Positions 1 through 9,778 of a stretch of DNA of 64,000 bases are shown here, in pieces (position 1 is the stretch's first letter; the number at the start of each line of letters is the position of its first letter). The translations under genes were made by a program, and so were the position numbers. This stretch comes from Macrostomum lignano (Eukaryota). The DNA is taken from contig NIVC01001695.1 in NCBI GenBank assembly GCA_002269645.1, positions 31,246 to 95,245 on the forward strand, given 5' to 3'. Below the pieces are notes generated by a model. It was not told where the DNA came from. It did not search any database and was given only the letters and a program-made list of their open reading frames with translations.

Positions 1-1203
1 CGACCAGCCTAAATTAATATATGCTCGTGCGTGTTTAACCTGCTTGAGTGATAAATAGCTGCAGTACCTGTAACTTGGTTGCATTGGTTTATAAAAAAAT
101 ACATAAAACTCAATGCAAAAACTGAAACTTTTTCTAAGAAATCCAAGCCGCCACCATGTTGAGTTTGTGCACATATGACCGATATAATAAAATTTATTGC
201 TGCACGGAGAAATTCGTATCTTGTTGCTTTTTTGTTTTTGGTGAAAATGGGAAGGAATATTGAGGGTCCTTTCCCACCAGCAACACATTTTAAAAAATCA
301 GAATGCACCGAAGAGATCGAAGAATTCCGAGTTTATGACGATAGCTATTCTTCAACCTATATCAGGGATTGGCAAACTTTTGACCTCAAGGGCCAGATGA
401 GATAGAAAGAAGATACGATGGGAAGAGAATTGATAGATAACATGAGATGAAAGGAAGGAGAGAAGTGATGAGTGAGGAGAGGAGAGAAGATGGGAGAGAG
501 GAGGTGAGAGCTGAGAAGAGACAAACCTTGGAGCGGGCCAGATTGCCATTGTGAAGTTGCGCCAAGTAGCCGACATTACATAAATACATGGATGATCATG
601 TGGCTGACGCTAACCATGGATGGAACATCCATGGCGCCATCTATGGACATGGATGTGGCCATGCATGATCAGGAATGATTCATCCATGGGATCATAGATG
701 ACGTATCCATGATCGTGGCCTATGGTGATGCCTCTCGCCGGTTGTGGTGTGCTGCCAAGATTAAATTATTAATAAAAACTAAGCAAATAAAAGCAGGACC
801 CATGAAGTCAGCCAAACAAGGACTTGCAGCTAAAGCTTATATAAAGGTAATAAATAATTCCCTTACAATTTACGGTTTTGGATTTGCTCCAATTGCTGCA
901 GCCAGCCATGCATCTCGGGACAGAGCACTCCGCTACTACCGGAGTTTGTTTTAATCCGTAAATTTCACTGTGGTGCTCCGGCATCGCCTTGTGCATCTGC
1001 AGTTTCTAAGATGGTGTTTCTGAAAGGGGTCCTGTAGCCTATACTTGTGTACATGTATAGTAGTGTGTAGAGTTACAATTGCATGCAGTGTATCGTCTTC
1101 TGAGTATTTAATTATTGATCAGCCAGTGTTCGCAATTACCATGCATATAGAGAGTGATCTCACTTGAGTTTTATGTGCACAATAAAAATAGGTTGAGCAG
1201 ACT

Positions 1204-1475
1204 TTGGAGGATGCAAGTATATATACCGTCGGGGTAACTGACGAGTACTCAAGGAAAGCTCACTGCACAGAGACAATGAATGCCAGCAATGTTGACCCCG
1301 CGCAGGTGAGGAACCGCTTTGAGATGGGCTCGGAGCTCGAGGCTCCGTCCGGCGGTGAGCCCGACACTCTGGAGGAGGCATCCGAGGACGCCAAAGGGGA
1401 CAGCAGGACTCGCTTGGATGCTGCGCAAGCTGACTACAGTCAGTGAAGTACAGGAAAGAAATAAAGCAGAAGGAC

Positions 1476-1549
<74 letters not shown>

Positions 1550-1800
1550 TGGTACGAGAACAGGTACATACACGCACATTTGAGTGTTTCTTAAAATTGG
1601 TGACCGACTCTCCTGCAGCCGACAGGTGTCTATCATCCGCCATCGCCAACCTGCCGGGGGGCTCGGTACTGGCGCTGGGGCTGCTGTGCGGCGGCATCAT
1701 CCTGCTCGTCACCGGCTTCTTTCTCACCCGGCAAGAGCTGGGCACCTATGTCCGGCAGCACCAGCAGCCTAAAAGTGACGTCACATTCGACGAAATGTGA
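1204..1800 (+). CDS. Probable spliced host gene for a small single-pass membrane protein (exons ~1204-1438 and 1619-1800)
   Basis: A|GTCAGT donor at 1439 and CTGCAG| acceptor at 1618 join the two ORFs in frame. Exon 2 encodes a hydrophobic helix (VLALGLLCGGIILLVTGFFL). The intron holds a (GACA)n tract. Confidence 0.4.
1473..1549. repeat. (GACA)n microsatellite
   Basis: Directly visible tandem array. Confidence 0.95.
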
Positions 1801-1924
1801 GGCGGCGACTTTTGTAAAGATGTACCGAACTTGCTTTGTCCTGAGCTGACCGCTAATTTAGACCAATTTACTCAGCTTGCGCTTGCGAGTATTTTTGTAT
1901 TGAGACAGATGTACATCCATGCAC

Positions 1925-2425
1925 CACCCCACTCCACACCCACTTCACTTCATACTTACCTCATTTCACACCCACCTCACTCCATATTCACCTCACTCAA
2001 CACTTACCTCACTTCACACCCACCTCACTCCACACCCACCTCCCTCCATACCCACCTCACTCCACACCCACCTCACTCCACACCCACCTCACTCCACACC
2101 CACCTCACTCCACACCCACCTCACTCCACACCACGCCTCACTCCACATCCACCTTACACTGCACACCCACCTCACTCCACACCCACCTTACACTGCACAC
2201 CCACCTCACTCCACACCCACCTTACACTGCACACCCACCTCACTCCATACCCACCTCACTCCACACCCCGCCTCACTCCACACCCCGCCTCACTCCACAC
2301 TCCGCCTCACTCCACACTCCGCCTCACTCCACACCCACCTTACACTGCACACACCTCACTTCACTCCCACCTTACACTGCACACCCACCTCACTCCATAC
2401 CCACCTCACTCCACACCCGCCTCAC
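1925..2425. repeat. C/A-rich minisatellite (ccacctcactccacac-type units)
   Basis: Degenerate tandem array; source of the spurious His/Pro/Thr-rich ORFs. Confidence 0.9.
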
Positions 2426-2439
2426 TCCTCCCACAGGTT

Positions 2440-2925
2440 CCCTAGCCTCCTGTACTGGATCGCGGGCCTGGCGGCGGGATTGTTAGCCTACGGCCTGTTG
2501 CACTGCATTGTCAACGTGTTGGTCACCGTCCGAGTCAACCGTTGCAATCGGTCGAGCCGCAAATCGCCCTCAGTGGAAACCGGATGCAGCATTAGAACGG
2601 CAGTTTTTGTTGTACGACATTGCGTGAATTTAGAACTCTTTGCTTCCTTTGTCGAGCTATTTTACAACTACGCTCATATCGTCAATTGCAGATCACACTG
2701 ACAGACAGTCTGATTATAGCTGCCACCGGCTTGATGGCTTGTGCTGCCTTTCTGCCGCTTTATGCCCAGGCCATGTTCGCCGCTAAATTGGCCCACGGCG
2801 AGTCTGAGTTCGACCTGCGGCACTATCTGCCCACCCGGAAGAATTCCGGAGCGGGACGGGTTTTGGAAAGTCCTGAGTCAACTGGCAGCAGTGCGACAGC
2901 GTCGGTGGGTTTTTTATCTAACATA
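2440..2925 (+). CDS. Possible exons of a multi-pass membrane protein (transporter-like)
   Basis: GC-rich hydrophobic segments LLYWIAGLAAGLLAYGLLHCIVNVLV and LIIAATGLMACAAFLPLYAQAMFAA after AG acceptors; family not identifiable. Confidence 0.3.
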
Positions 2926-2927
2926 CA

Positions 2928-3440
2928 GCCACCTCACTTCGCAACACCCACCTCACTCCGCAACAACCACCTCACTCCGCAACACCTAACTCACTCTGCA
3001 ACACCCACCTCACTCCGCAACACCTAACTCACTCCGCAACACCCACCTCACTCCGCAACACCTAACTCACTCCGCAACACCCACCTCACTCCGCAACACC
3101 TAACTCACTCCGCAACACCCACCTCACTCCGCAACACCCACCTCACTCCGCAACACCCAACTCACTCCGCAACACCTAACTCACTCCGCAACACCCACCT
3201 CACTCCGCAACACCCACCTCACTCCGCAACACCTAACTCACTCCGCAACACCCACCTCACTCCGCAACACCCACCTCACTCCGCAACACCCAACTCACTC
3301 CGCAACACCTAACTCACTCCGCAACACCCACCTCACTCCGCAACACCCACCTCACTCCGCAACACCCACCTCACTCCGCAACACCCACCTCACTCCGCAA
3401 CACCCACCTCACTCTGCAACACCCACCTCACTCCACAACA
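2928..3440. repeat. 19-bp minisatellite (cacctcactccgcaacacc)
   Basis: Many near-perfect tandem copies. Confidence 0.95.
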
Positions 3441-4102
3441 ACCCATCTTTCGACACATTGTCAGCTCTCTACGGAATCCCAACATATTTAATTTATCAAA
3501 AATACGTTGATGAAAACTTCAACTTCAAAATTTCAGTCATTTCCAATGTTCTACCCATCGCTAGCCCTGTTCATCGGTGTCTGTCTAATTGAAATCAGCC
3601 TGGTGAGTTGCGAGAAAAATATGCCAAAGTTTCAATTTCTAAGTTCAAAGTGGTCATCTAAAGTGGCCGATTAAAAATTTGAAAACTGAGGTACTCGTAA
3701 ATATAGGCGTGTGTTTGCTCTTCGGCCATTTTTTATTGTCTTACAAAATATCAGAACCGATTATATATTTACAGTCTACTAAATCTAGCTACTATAAAAT
3801 CCGCAGATGATGTCGCTAATTTTCCTGGCCAGCAGCTTCGCCCAGCTGGCCAGCTCGATTCGGACTCGGCGAGTTCAAAGCTCCAGCAAGTTATCGAAGA
3901 ACGGCGGTCGGGGCACTCTGGACACGCAGCTGTGAAATTGTTCAGTGCTGGGAATTCAGTGCGAAATTTGATACAAGTGCCGGGTGTTTTTGATATTTAC
4001 TGTACACATGTAACAGCTAACAGCATCAAATAAATTTTTGTGTGCCCTCAAAAGTTCAATCAAAGTCCAGAAAAAGACTTCAAAGAGAAACGTTTTTTGC
4101 TT

Positions 4103-4777
4103 TCAGAAGAAAGTCTTTTTATTCCGCGAGGCATTGGTTGGCTGCATGTAGCCAGGCAGCTTAGCTGAGCAGGGCTGATGAAGCAGCTGCTGCTGGAGCT
4201 GCTGCTGCTGCTGCTGCTGCGGCTGCTGCTCGTTCGGCTTCTCATTGCCAGCGGCACCGATGTCGGACGAAGCCGAGGCGCAGCAGGCCTGGCAGCCGCT
4301 CAGCAGGGCTGCGATGGCGTCGGTGTCCTGGCGCTGCTGCAGGCTGAGCCGCTTCTCCGACCTTCGGCGCTGCAGCTCGTGGTACCAGCTGGCCACCTTC
4401 TCCTGCTCCTGAGCCGCCGCTGACCCCGCCGCCGCATCGGTGACGTCCGTCGACGATCCGTCGGCCTCCGAAGCCGCGTTCTGAAGCCGGCGATGCTGCA
4501 GCAACTGGTGGTGCTGACGCAGCCTTGTCGGGCCCTTCCAGGACGTGGCTCGGTTGAAAACTCGCGGCGGCTTGGTCGGCGACTGTGACGGCAGCTGCTG
4601 CTGCGACGAGGCCAGGGTTGGCAGGGAGCCGCTGCTGTTGTCATTAGCAACCGCATCCTGGCCCGTTGTTAAGGACTCTTGACGCCGCCGTCTGAGCTGC
4701 ACGGAGTCGATCTGGTGGTTCGCCCGTTCCAGGCGTCTACGAAGCTCGGTGCTCAGCGCTAGCGGAGAGTCGTCCAT
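4103..4777 (-). CDS. Host exon, low-complexity Q/S-rich protein of unknown function
   Basis: 224-aa GC-rich ORF with poly-Q and a C-terminal PGYMQPTNASRNK motif; host-like codon usage. Confidence 0.4.
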   Translation of the reverse strand: MDDSPLALSTELRRRLERANHQIDSVQLRRRRQESLTTGQDAVANDNSSGSLPTLASSQQQLPSQSPTKPPRVFNRATSWKGPTRLRQHHQLLQHRRLQNAASEADGSSTDVTDAAAGSAAAQEQEKVASWYHELQRRRSEKRLSLQQRQDTDAIAALLSGCQACCASASSDIGAAGNEKPNEQQPQQQQQQQLQQQLLHQPCSAKLPGYMQPTNASRNKKTFF

Positions 4778-5675
4778 TGTGCCACAGCCCTGCCGCAGGC
4801 GGAGCGCCGGCTGCTTCTATTTATAGCATGCGCAGATCTAATTAGCATAATGAGGCAAAGGCCCTCAGTTGCTCTTGGACTTGAAGTGCTGCTGCTCTGG
4901 CATATCGAGAGTGGACTTCCGTTTCCTCCATGCCCGAAGGTGGCCAGGCATGGGGTGGAGAATCGAGGCCTGTCTGGGGAGCCGGGCAGCCTCCGCTGAT
5001 GATGCAGCAGTTTAATGCCTTAATTTGCATCTAGAACCTGCCCGAGCGACTTAATTAGCTTGTTATTTGTTGCTCACATGCGACGGTGCGAGTACGGCTC
5101 CAGTGCGTTCTGGGGACTGAGCGACTTAATGAGCTGCCTGTGAGGCCGGGGTCGCTTGTCTGCGTTTTGACTCGCCTCTCGTATGCTGACTGACCATGGG
5201 CCCCGTGTCTGCGGATGAATTTCTGCTTGCAGCTGACAGCTGCTGACCCAGCAACAAATCAATTTGCCAGCGAGCTGTCAACAGTTCCAGGCTTGGATGC
5301 ACTGGATAGACAGTTAAATATTCATAGCTGGTGTTGATTTTTACCACAGAATGAAAATAGGAATGCTACTCTCGTACAGGCACTTTCAGTAAAAACATCT
5401 GATAGAATCAGCTCAGTTTGACCAAGAATCACGTGGTGGGCTGCAGGAGCATTCTTATCATTCTTGACGTCATTTTTGCTATCTGGGGGGAGGGTACTTG
5501 CTATTGGGAGGGGGGGGGTGGTGATTGCTATCGGTGAGATGCATGATATCGGGGGATGCTTGATATCAGGGGGTGGGGTTGCTATCTGGGGGTGCTTGCT
5601 TTTGGGGGGATGCTTGCTATCTGAAGGATGCTTTTTTAGGGGGAATGCCTGCTATCTTTGTGAAGGCTTTATTTT

Positions 5676-5681
5676 GTTGTG
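5676..5681. repeat. Left target-site duplication GTTGTG of the Polinton
   Basis: Identical hexamer immediately follows the right end (23772-23777). Confidence 0.95.
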
Positions 5682-6011
5682 AGTAGTAGGTATTTGTACG
5701 CTTCTAGCCGTAGACAAACTATTTAAAACAGCATTTTTTAGGCTTAGAGGGGGGACACGGGGAAAAAAAACACATTTAACACCCATCCAACACCCCCAAC
5801 ACTCCCAATAATCAAAAACACTATTAACACATCCAATCAAATCCCCGTGTCCCCCCTCTAAGCCTTAAAATGCTGTTTTAAATAGTTTGTCTACGGCTAG
5901 AAGCGTACAAATACCTACAAATACACACAAACACACACAAACACACACAAACACTCTATAACCCGTCGCACGCGCCGCAGGCGCGAAGGGTCTTTTTCTG
6001 TTACTAAAAAT
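5682..6011 (+). repeat. Left terminal inverted repeat with internal ~77-bp inverted repeat (5686-5763 / 5842-5918)
   Basis: Reverse complement of 23439-23771 with a few mismatches; the internal arms are visible by eye. Confidence 0.95.
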
Positions 6012-6324
6012 GAACCGAGTTTACAACTTTTCAGTAAGCGATACTTTTGAGACCGTTGCTAAAAATGCAGAGATAATAAAACAGCACATATTGAATGGAA
6101 TAATTGATGAAGTTTATTTAAAATACGACGACAAGCACGAACTAAAACTTTATTCTTTAGAGTTAGATGGTTTGTATGATTTAGAACAAGAGGGTGAGTT
6201 AATATTTCAACTTGGAGATTATTTAAATTCCGAGGATTGGGAGGTTAGGTCAACAGATTCCGAATCAACAAATAGTTCTTATGAAACTAGCGATTCAGAT
6301 AATCAAAGTGAAATTTTTATGTAA
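6010..6324 (+). CDS. Polinton acidic hypothetical protein, 104 aa
   Basis: ATG in AAAAATG context at the inner TIR edge; acidic Ser-rich C-terminus. Confidence 0.6.
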   Translation: MNRVYNFSVSDTFETVAKNAEIIKQHILNGIIDEVYLKYDDKHELKLYSLELDGLYDLEQEGELIFQLGDYLNSEDWEVRSTDSESTNSSYETSDSDNQSEIFM

Positions 6325-6467
6325 AAAATGGAACAATATTCAATGCGCTTGATTCAATAAAAAAATTAATAAAGGATAAAATAGGAGAATTAGATTATAT
6401 ATGGGATAATGGGGAGCAAACTCTTCTTCTAGCACAATGTTTAAATTGTGAAAAAATAAACTAGAAA

Positions 6468-6875
6468 ATGATCACCGATTATTCCAACGGGTTTGTAAAC
6501 GATTGCACCAACGGTTCAATACCAACGGGAGCATCTTTTTTATCTGATAAAGCCAAAGATAATAAAGTAAAATATGATAAGCATCCAAATGAAAAAAGCA
6601 TTGGTACAAATACTATAATTGCTATTATTATACTAATCTTACTTAGTTGGATTATTTTTCCCGCTTTATTTTTATCTAAAAAATTGAATATCACGGGAAT
6701 ACCATATAATGAAAAAAATATAACATCCGCAATATTATCCATAGTTATATCAAGCACATTATTATTATTAATTCCACTAATTTTATTTTTTAGTATAATA
6801 TCAGCCGTGCTTTATGCTAAATGTTGTGAACGAAAACAAGAACTCCCCGACTCATTAGAGGCATTTAAAGTATAA
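6468..6875 (+). CDS. Polinton two-TM membrane protein, 135 aa
   Basis: Two long hydrophobic helices (IIAIIILILLSWIIFPALFL; AILSIVISSTLLLLIPLILFFSIISAVLY); AAAATG start. Confidence 0.65.
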   Translation: MITDYSNGFVNDCTNGSIPTGASFLSDKAKDNKVKYDKHPNEKSIGTNTIIAIIILILLSWIIFPALFLSKKLNITGIPYNEKNITSAILSIVISSTLLLLIPLILFFSIISAVLYAKCCERKQELPDSLEAFKV

Positions 6876-6877
6876 AA

Positions 6878-8487
6878 TTAAACTAACATTAATTGGCTTT
6901 CATAAAACGAACCCAATATTTCTTCACCGTCTTTATCAGCAATGATATAGGTTGTAGGATTTGTATTTAAAACTTTACTGACAGTAAATTTTTCACTTAT
7001 TTTCCAATATCCTTTTCTTCCCTTTTCAAACTTATCTTTCCATTTATAGATATAAACAGAATCACCAACTTTAAAAGGTTTAGTTTTCTTTTTTTCGAAT
7101 TCTCCAAAAGTAACTTTAACTTTTTCAGGACTGTTATAAGCTTGTTGTGGAGTCATATTTATAGCCGAATGATATGAATTATCTATCACTACGTCTGGTA
7201 ATATTTTTACCCACTTTTGGTTACCATTAAGACTAAATTGAAACCACAATTTCTTACCTAAAGTTCGATTAAATCTTTCTATTAAAGCGTTTTTGCTTTC
7301 GCCATAAATAGAATAAATCTTATTAATATACTCCCCATTAGCGACTCCGTCCAGTCCTTTTTCCTTTCTTGTTCTTTTTCAAAATGATATAATTTATACA
7401 TATGTGGATTGTAAAATTCCTTTCCTTCATCAACACATAAACGTTCACTTTTTTCTCCAAGACTTCTAAAAGCAGAAGCAACCTCCTCTCCTTTTTTGGA
7501 TTTCAAAGGAACAGCCCACGCATATCGAGTAAAACCATCTAATATGGTTAAAATATATTTATATCCCTGATCGGACGGCATAGCCATTAAATCAGCATAC
7601 CAAATTTCATTCTTTTTAAAGTTCATGATCTTTCTGTAAAATTTCGGTTTTCGGTATTCTTTGTGAAGAATCTTTGCCTCATCAGAACTTAACCCACCAC
7701 CACTTAATAACAAACACTCAACACAATTATTTCCATGTTGGTTGTAATTAATTCCCAAACCAAATTTAACTTTAGACTGCAAAATCTTTTTAACCATCCA
7801 CCGAGTTAATCTTTGGCTTACCGACAATCCTTGCAGATTATCTAATCCTTCAATCATTTTTCTATCGGCTTCATGCTTTAATCTTAATGCTTCCTCAGGA
7901 GAGTTCTTATCAGCATCTCTGTATGCTAAGTCATGATAATATGCTAACCAATCAATACCGTTAATGGGAATTGAATCTGCTTTTGGAGTGTCATCAGGAT
8001 TTAATCTCAAATCCAAGCGAGTCCCGGGTAGTTTACCCTCAATCTTTCGATAGAGGCTGGAGCACACCTTAAGCGGCTAAATTACCGCCCATCTCCGTCT
8101 GCTCTCTGAACCTTCTCCATATCGGCCACCGGACGGACTTAGGAGCTTGGCTGCGCATTGCCACCTTGTCTTCAAGCTTATTACCTTTGGGAAGAGGAGT
8201 TACCTCTGTTCCTTCAAAAGATTTCTCAATTGAAGTGGTACTTGAAGCTGTATGACGGGTTTCACGCAATTTGAAGATGTCGCCACTAATAGTGACTAGC
8301 AAGGACATTGACTTCCTCACTCAGGCCACGGATAACCTGCAAAGTTCATTGATGGAAGGTGTAGTTCCCCAGTATATTTTCCAGTAGTAAATATTGGCGG
8401 TAAGCTTGTTAATCCTTTTTGAACATCCAACAATCCACCTTCAAACACAACATGTATGGAATTAATATCGTTTGTTTGAATCACCAT
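6878..8487 (-). CDS. int: PLA2-domain / retroviral-type (rve) integrase fusion. Exon 1 8487-8335, group I intron 8334-8029, exon 2 8028-6878 with one frameshift near 7350-7380
   Basis: Spliced product reads MVIQTND...GELHLPSMNFAG|PGTRLDLRL...PINGIDWLAYYHDLAY (PLA2 Ca-loop GPG and HD dyad). DDE motifs WYADL, LCVDEGKEF and, after the frameshift, GESKNALIERFNRTL. SH3-like C-terminus FKVGDSVYI. Confidence 0.9.
8029..8334 (-). ncRNA. ORF-less group I intron, IC1-like, 306 nt
   Basis: P1 CAGGU/GCCUG with U.G at the 5' splice site. P2 AGUGAGGA/UCCUUGCU. P3 CAUCUUC/GGAGAUG. P4 UGCGUG/UGCGCA. P5abc with A-rich bulge GGUAAUAAGCU and GAAA L5b. P6a receptor CCUAAG/UAUGG. P7 GAGCA/UGCUC. P8 GGCGGU/GCCGCU. 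P9 CCUC-UAUC-GAAA-GAUU-GAGG. P9.0 AG/CU. Removal restores NFAG-PGT in frame. Confidence 0.93.
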
Positions 8488-9037
8488 TTTTAATGGCCTT
8501 AAAAATACATGATATCACTAATTGTTTTGCAAATTCTTCAATAGTTGGTTGTTTAACCCTTTTTGAAATATTATCTGCAGCAGCTAAGTACCTTTTATTT
8601 CTCCACCACTCAGAACATCTAACTTGGTTTTCATCTATATAATCATATGAAGAAGCGGGAATAAAAGGATCAACATGTAACACACCAGTATAATCTTTTG
8701 TGATGTAATAATGTTTTGTGAAATTTAACCAATCAATAAAGAATTCTTTTGTGCAATCAAGATAGAAAATATAATCATAATCATTAAAAATAGTTAATTG
8801 ATTTTTTACTCTATTTCTAATTAATACAATAAGTTTGTAGTTTTCATCATTTTGGTATTTGTTTCTACGATATTTATTCCATTTATCTTTATTGTTTTTC
8901 ATCCAAAAACTACTACTATTATTATGACATAATCGACAATCATTTCTAAAATTTTTTGAATCATTTCTCCAAATAAAAAATTCTTTAGTCATTGGTTTTT
9001 CTTCATGGCACTTATTACAAATCTTTTTAGTTATCAT
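8462..9037 (-). CDS. Free-standing HNH-type (homing-endonuclease-like) protein with N-terminal CxxC...CxxC zinc finger, possibly inactivated
   Basis: KICNKCHEEK...NDCRLCH zinc finger, then LHVDPFIPASSYDY...C...WRN...LAAADNISK matching the HIDHIIP...N...DN..K pattern of large-DNA-virus HNH proteins; the expected His after Asp is Pro. Confidence 0.75.
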   Translation of the reverse strand: MITKKICNKCHEEKPMTKEFFIWRNDSKNFRNDCRLCHNNSSSFWMKNNKDKWNKYRRNKYQNDENYKLIVLIRNRVKNQLTIFNDYDYIFYLDCTKEFFIDWLNFTKHYYITKDYTGVLHVDPFIPASSYDYIDENQVRCSEWWRNKRYLAAADNISKRVKQPTIEEFAKQLVISCIFKAIKNGDSNKRY

Positions 9038-9060
9038 TTTATAAAAAATAAATTTAACAA

Positions 9061-9744
9061 TTAAAGTCCAGTATGTCCGGCAGCTTTGGCAGCGGCTAAA
9101 ACAAGTTTTCGAGGAGTTTTTAAACCATCCCCAACAGCCCTTTTGTTTCTTATAGATTGATCGATATGCTTATACAAACTGGTGTTTTTAATAGCTCTAT
9201 CACCCAAATCAATATTATAAAATTTTTTAGCACTTATTAATTCATTCCGAGTATATAAATCAGGATTAAACTTTACTTTAGGCCTTGTAACAATATTAAA
9301 TGCTCCACCCAACTCTTTATATAATTCATCCCGACTTTTTTCAACCCTAGTACCAATTCGAAAATTGTCATTACCTAAATCTATCGCAGCAATACTTTGT
9401 GGCGCAGCTCTTGGAAATTGCTCAATATCACCACGACGTTCCGCAGCTCTAATCTCTGCAACTCTAAATTGTGCTTGAGCCACATTATAAGTAGGCGGTT
9501 CATCCTCCACAATTTCATCCTCTTTTGGCTCCGTATTCTTTGCAATTTTTTCAAGAAGTTCTTTATCAGTTTTTGTTAATTAACTAATTTTCCCCGTAAT
9601 AGGATTAATAAAAGGAGCAGCAAATTTTTCACCGGCTAGCTGTACTCCCAGCTTTCTTTTTTGTAAATCTCTAACAAAATCAGAATATCTTTGCTTCTCT
9701 TTATAAATCGCCAACTCCCCATCAACGTCCATAAACTGACTCAT
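9061..9744 (-). pseudogene. Polinton conserved/core protein (~227 aa) with premature TAA at 9580-9582
   Basis: AAAAAATG start at 9744, in frame with ORF 9061-9510 across one stop; C-terminal GDG-L site and LVLAAAKAAGHTGL tail. Confidence 0.6.
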
Positions 9745-9778
9745 TTTTTAACATAAAAAACTTTTTTAACCTATAAAA

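Noticed and set aside
585-730. ATG/CAT-rich palindromic patch (e.g. CCATGGATG-GAA-CATCCATGG)
   Set aside because: Short, with no consistent ORF, partner repeat or recognisable RNA motif.
5763-5842. Parvovirus-like flip/flop inversion of the TIR hairpin loops
   Set aside because: Both loops have the same orientation relative to their termini, so no inversion is visible in this copy.
8069-8320. 83-aa ORF from the ORF track
   Set aside because: It lies wholly in the ribozyme core with no nuclease or maturase motif; incidental.
8029-8334. Insertion read as a spliceosomal GT-AG intron or a small transposon
   Set aside because: The G|GTTATC donor has no AG acceptor in the matching phase that restores GPG, and there is no TSD or terminal repeat, whereas all group I helices are present.
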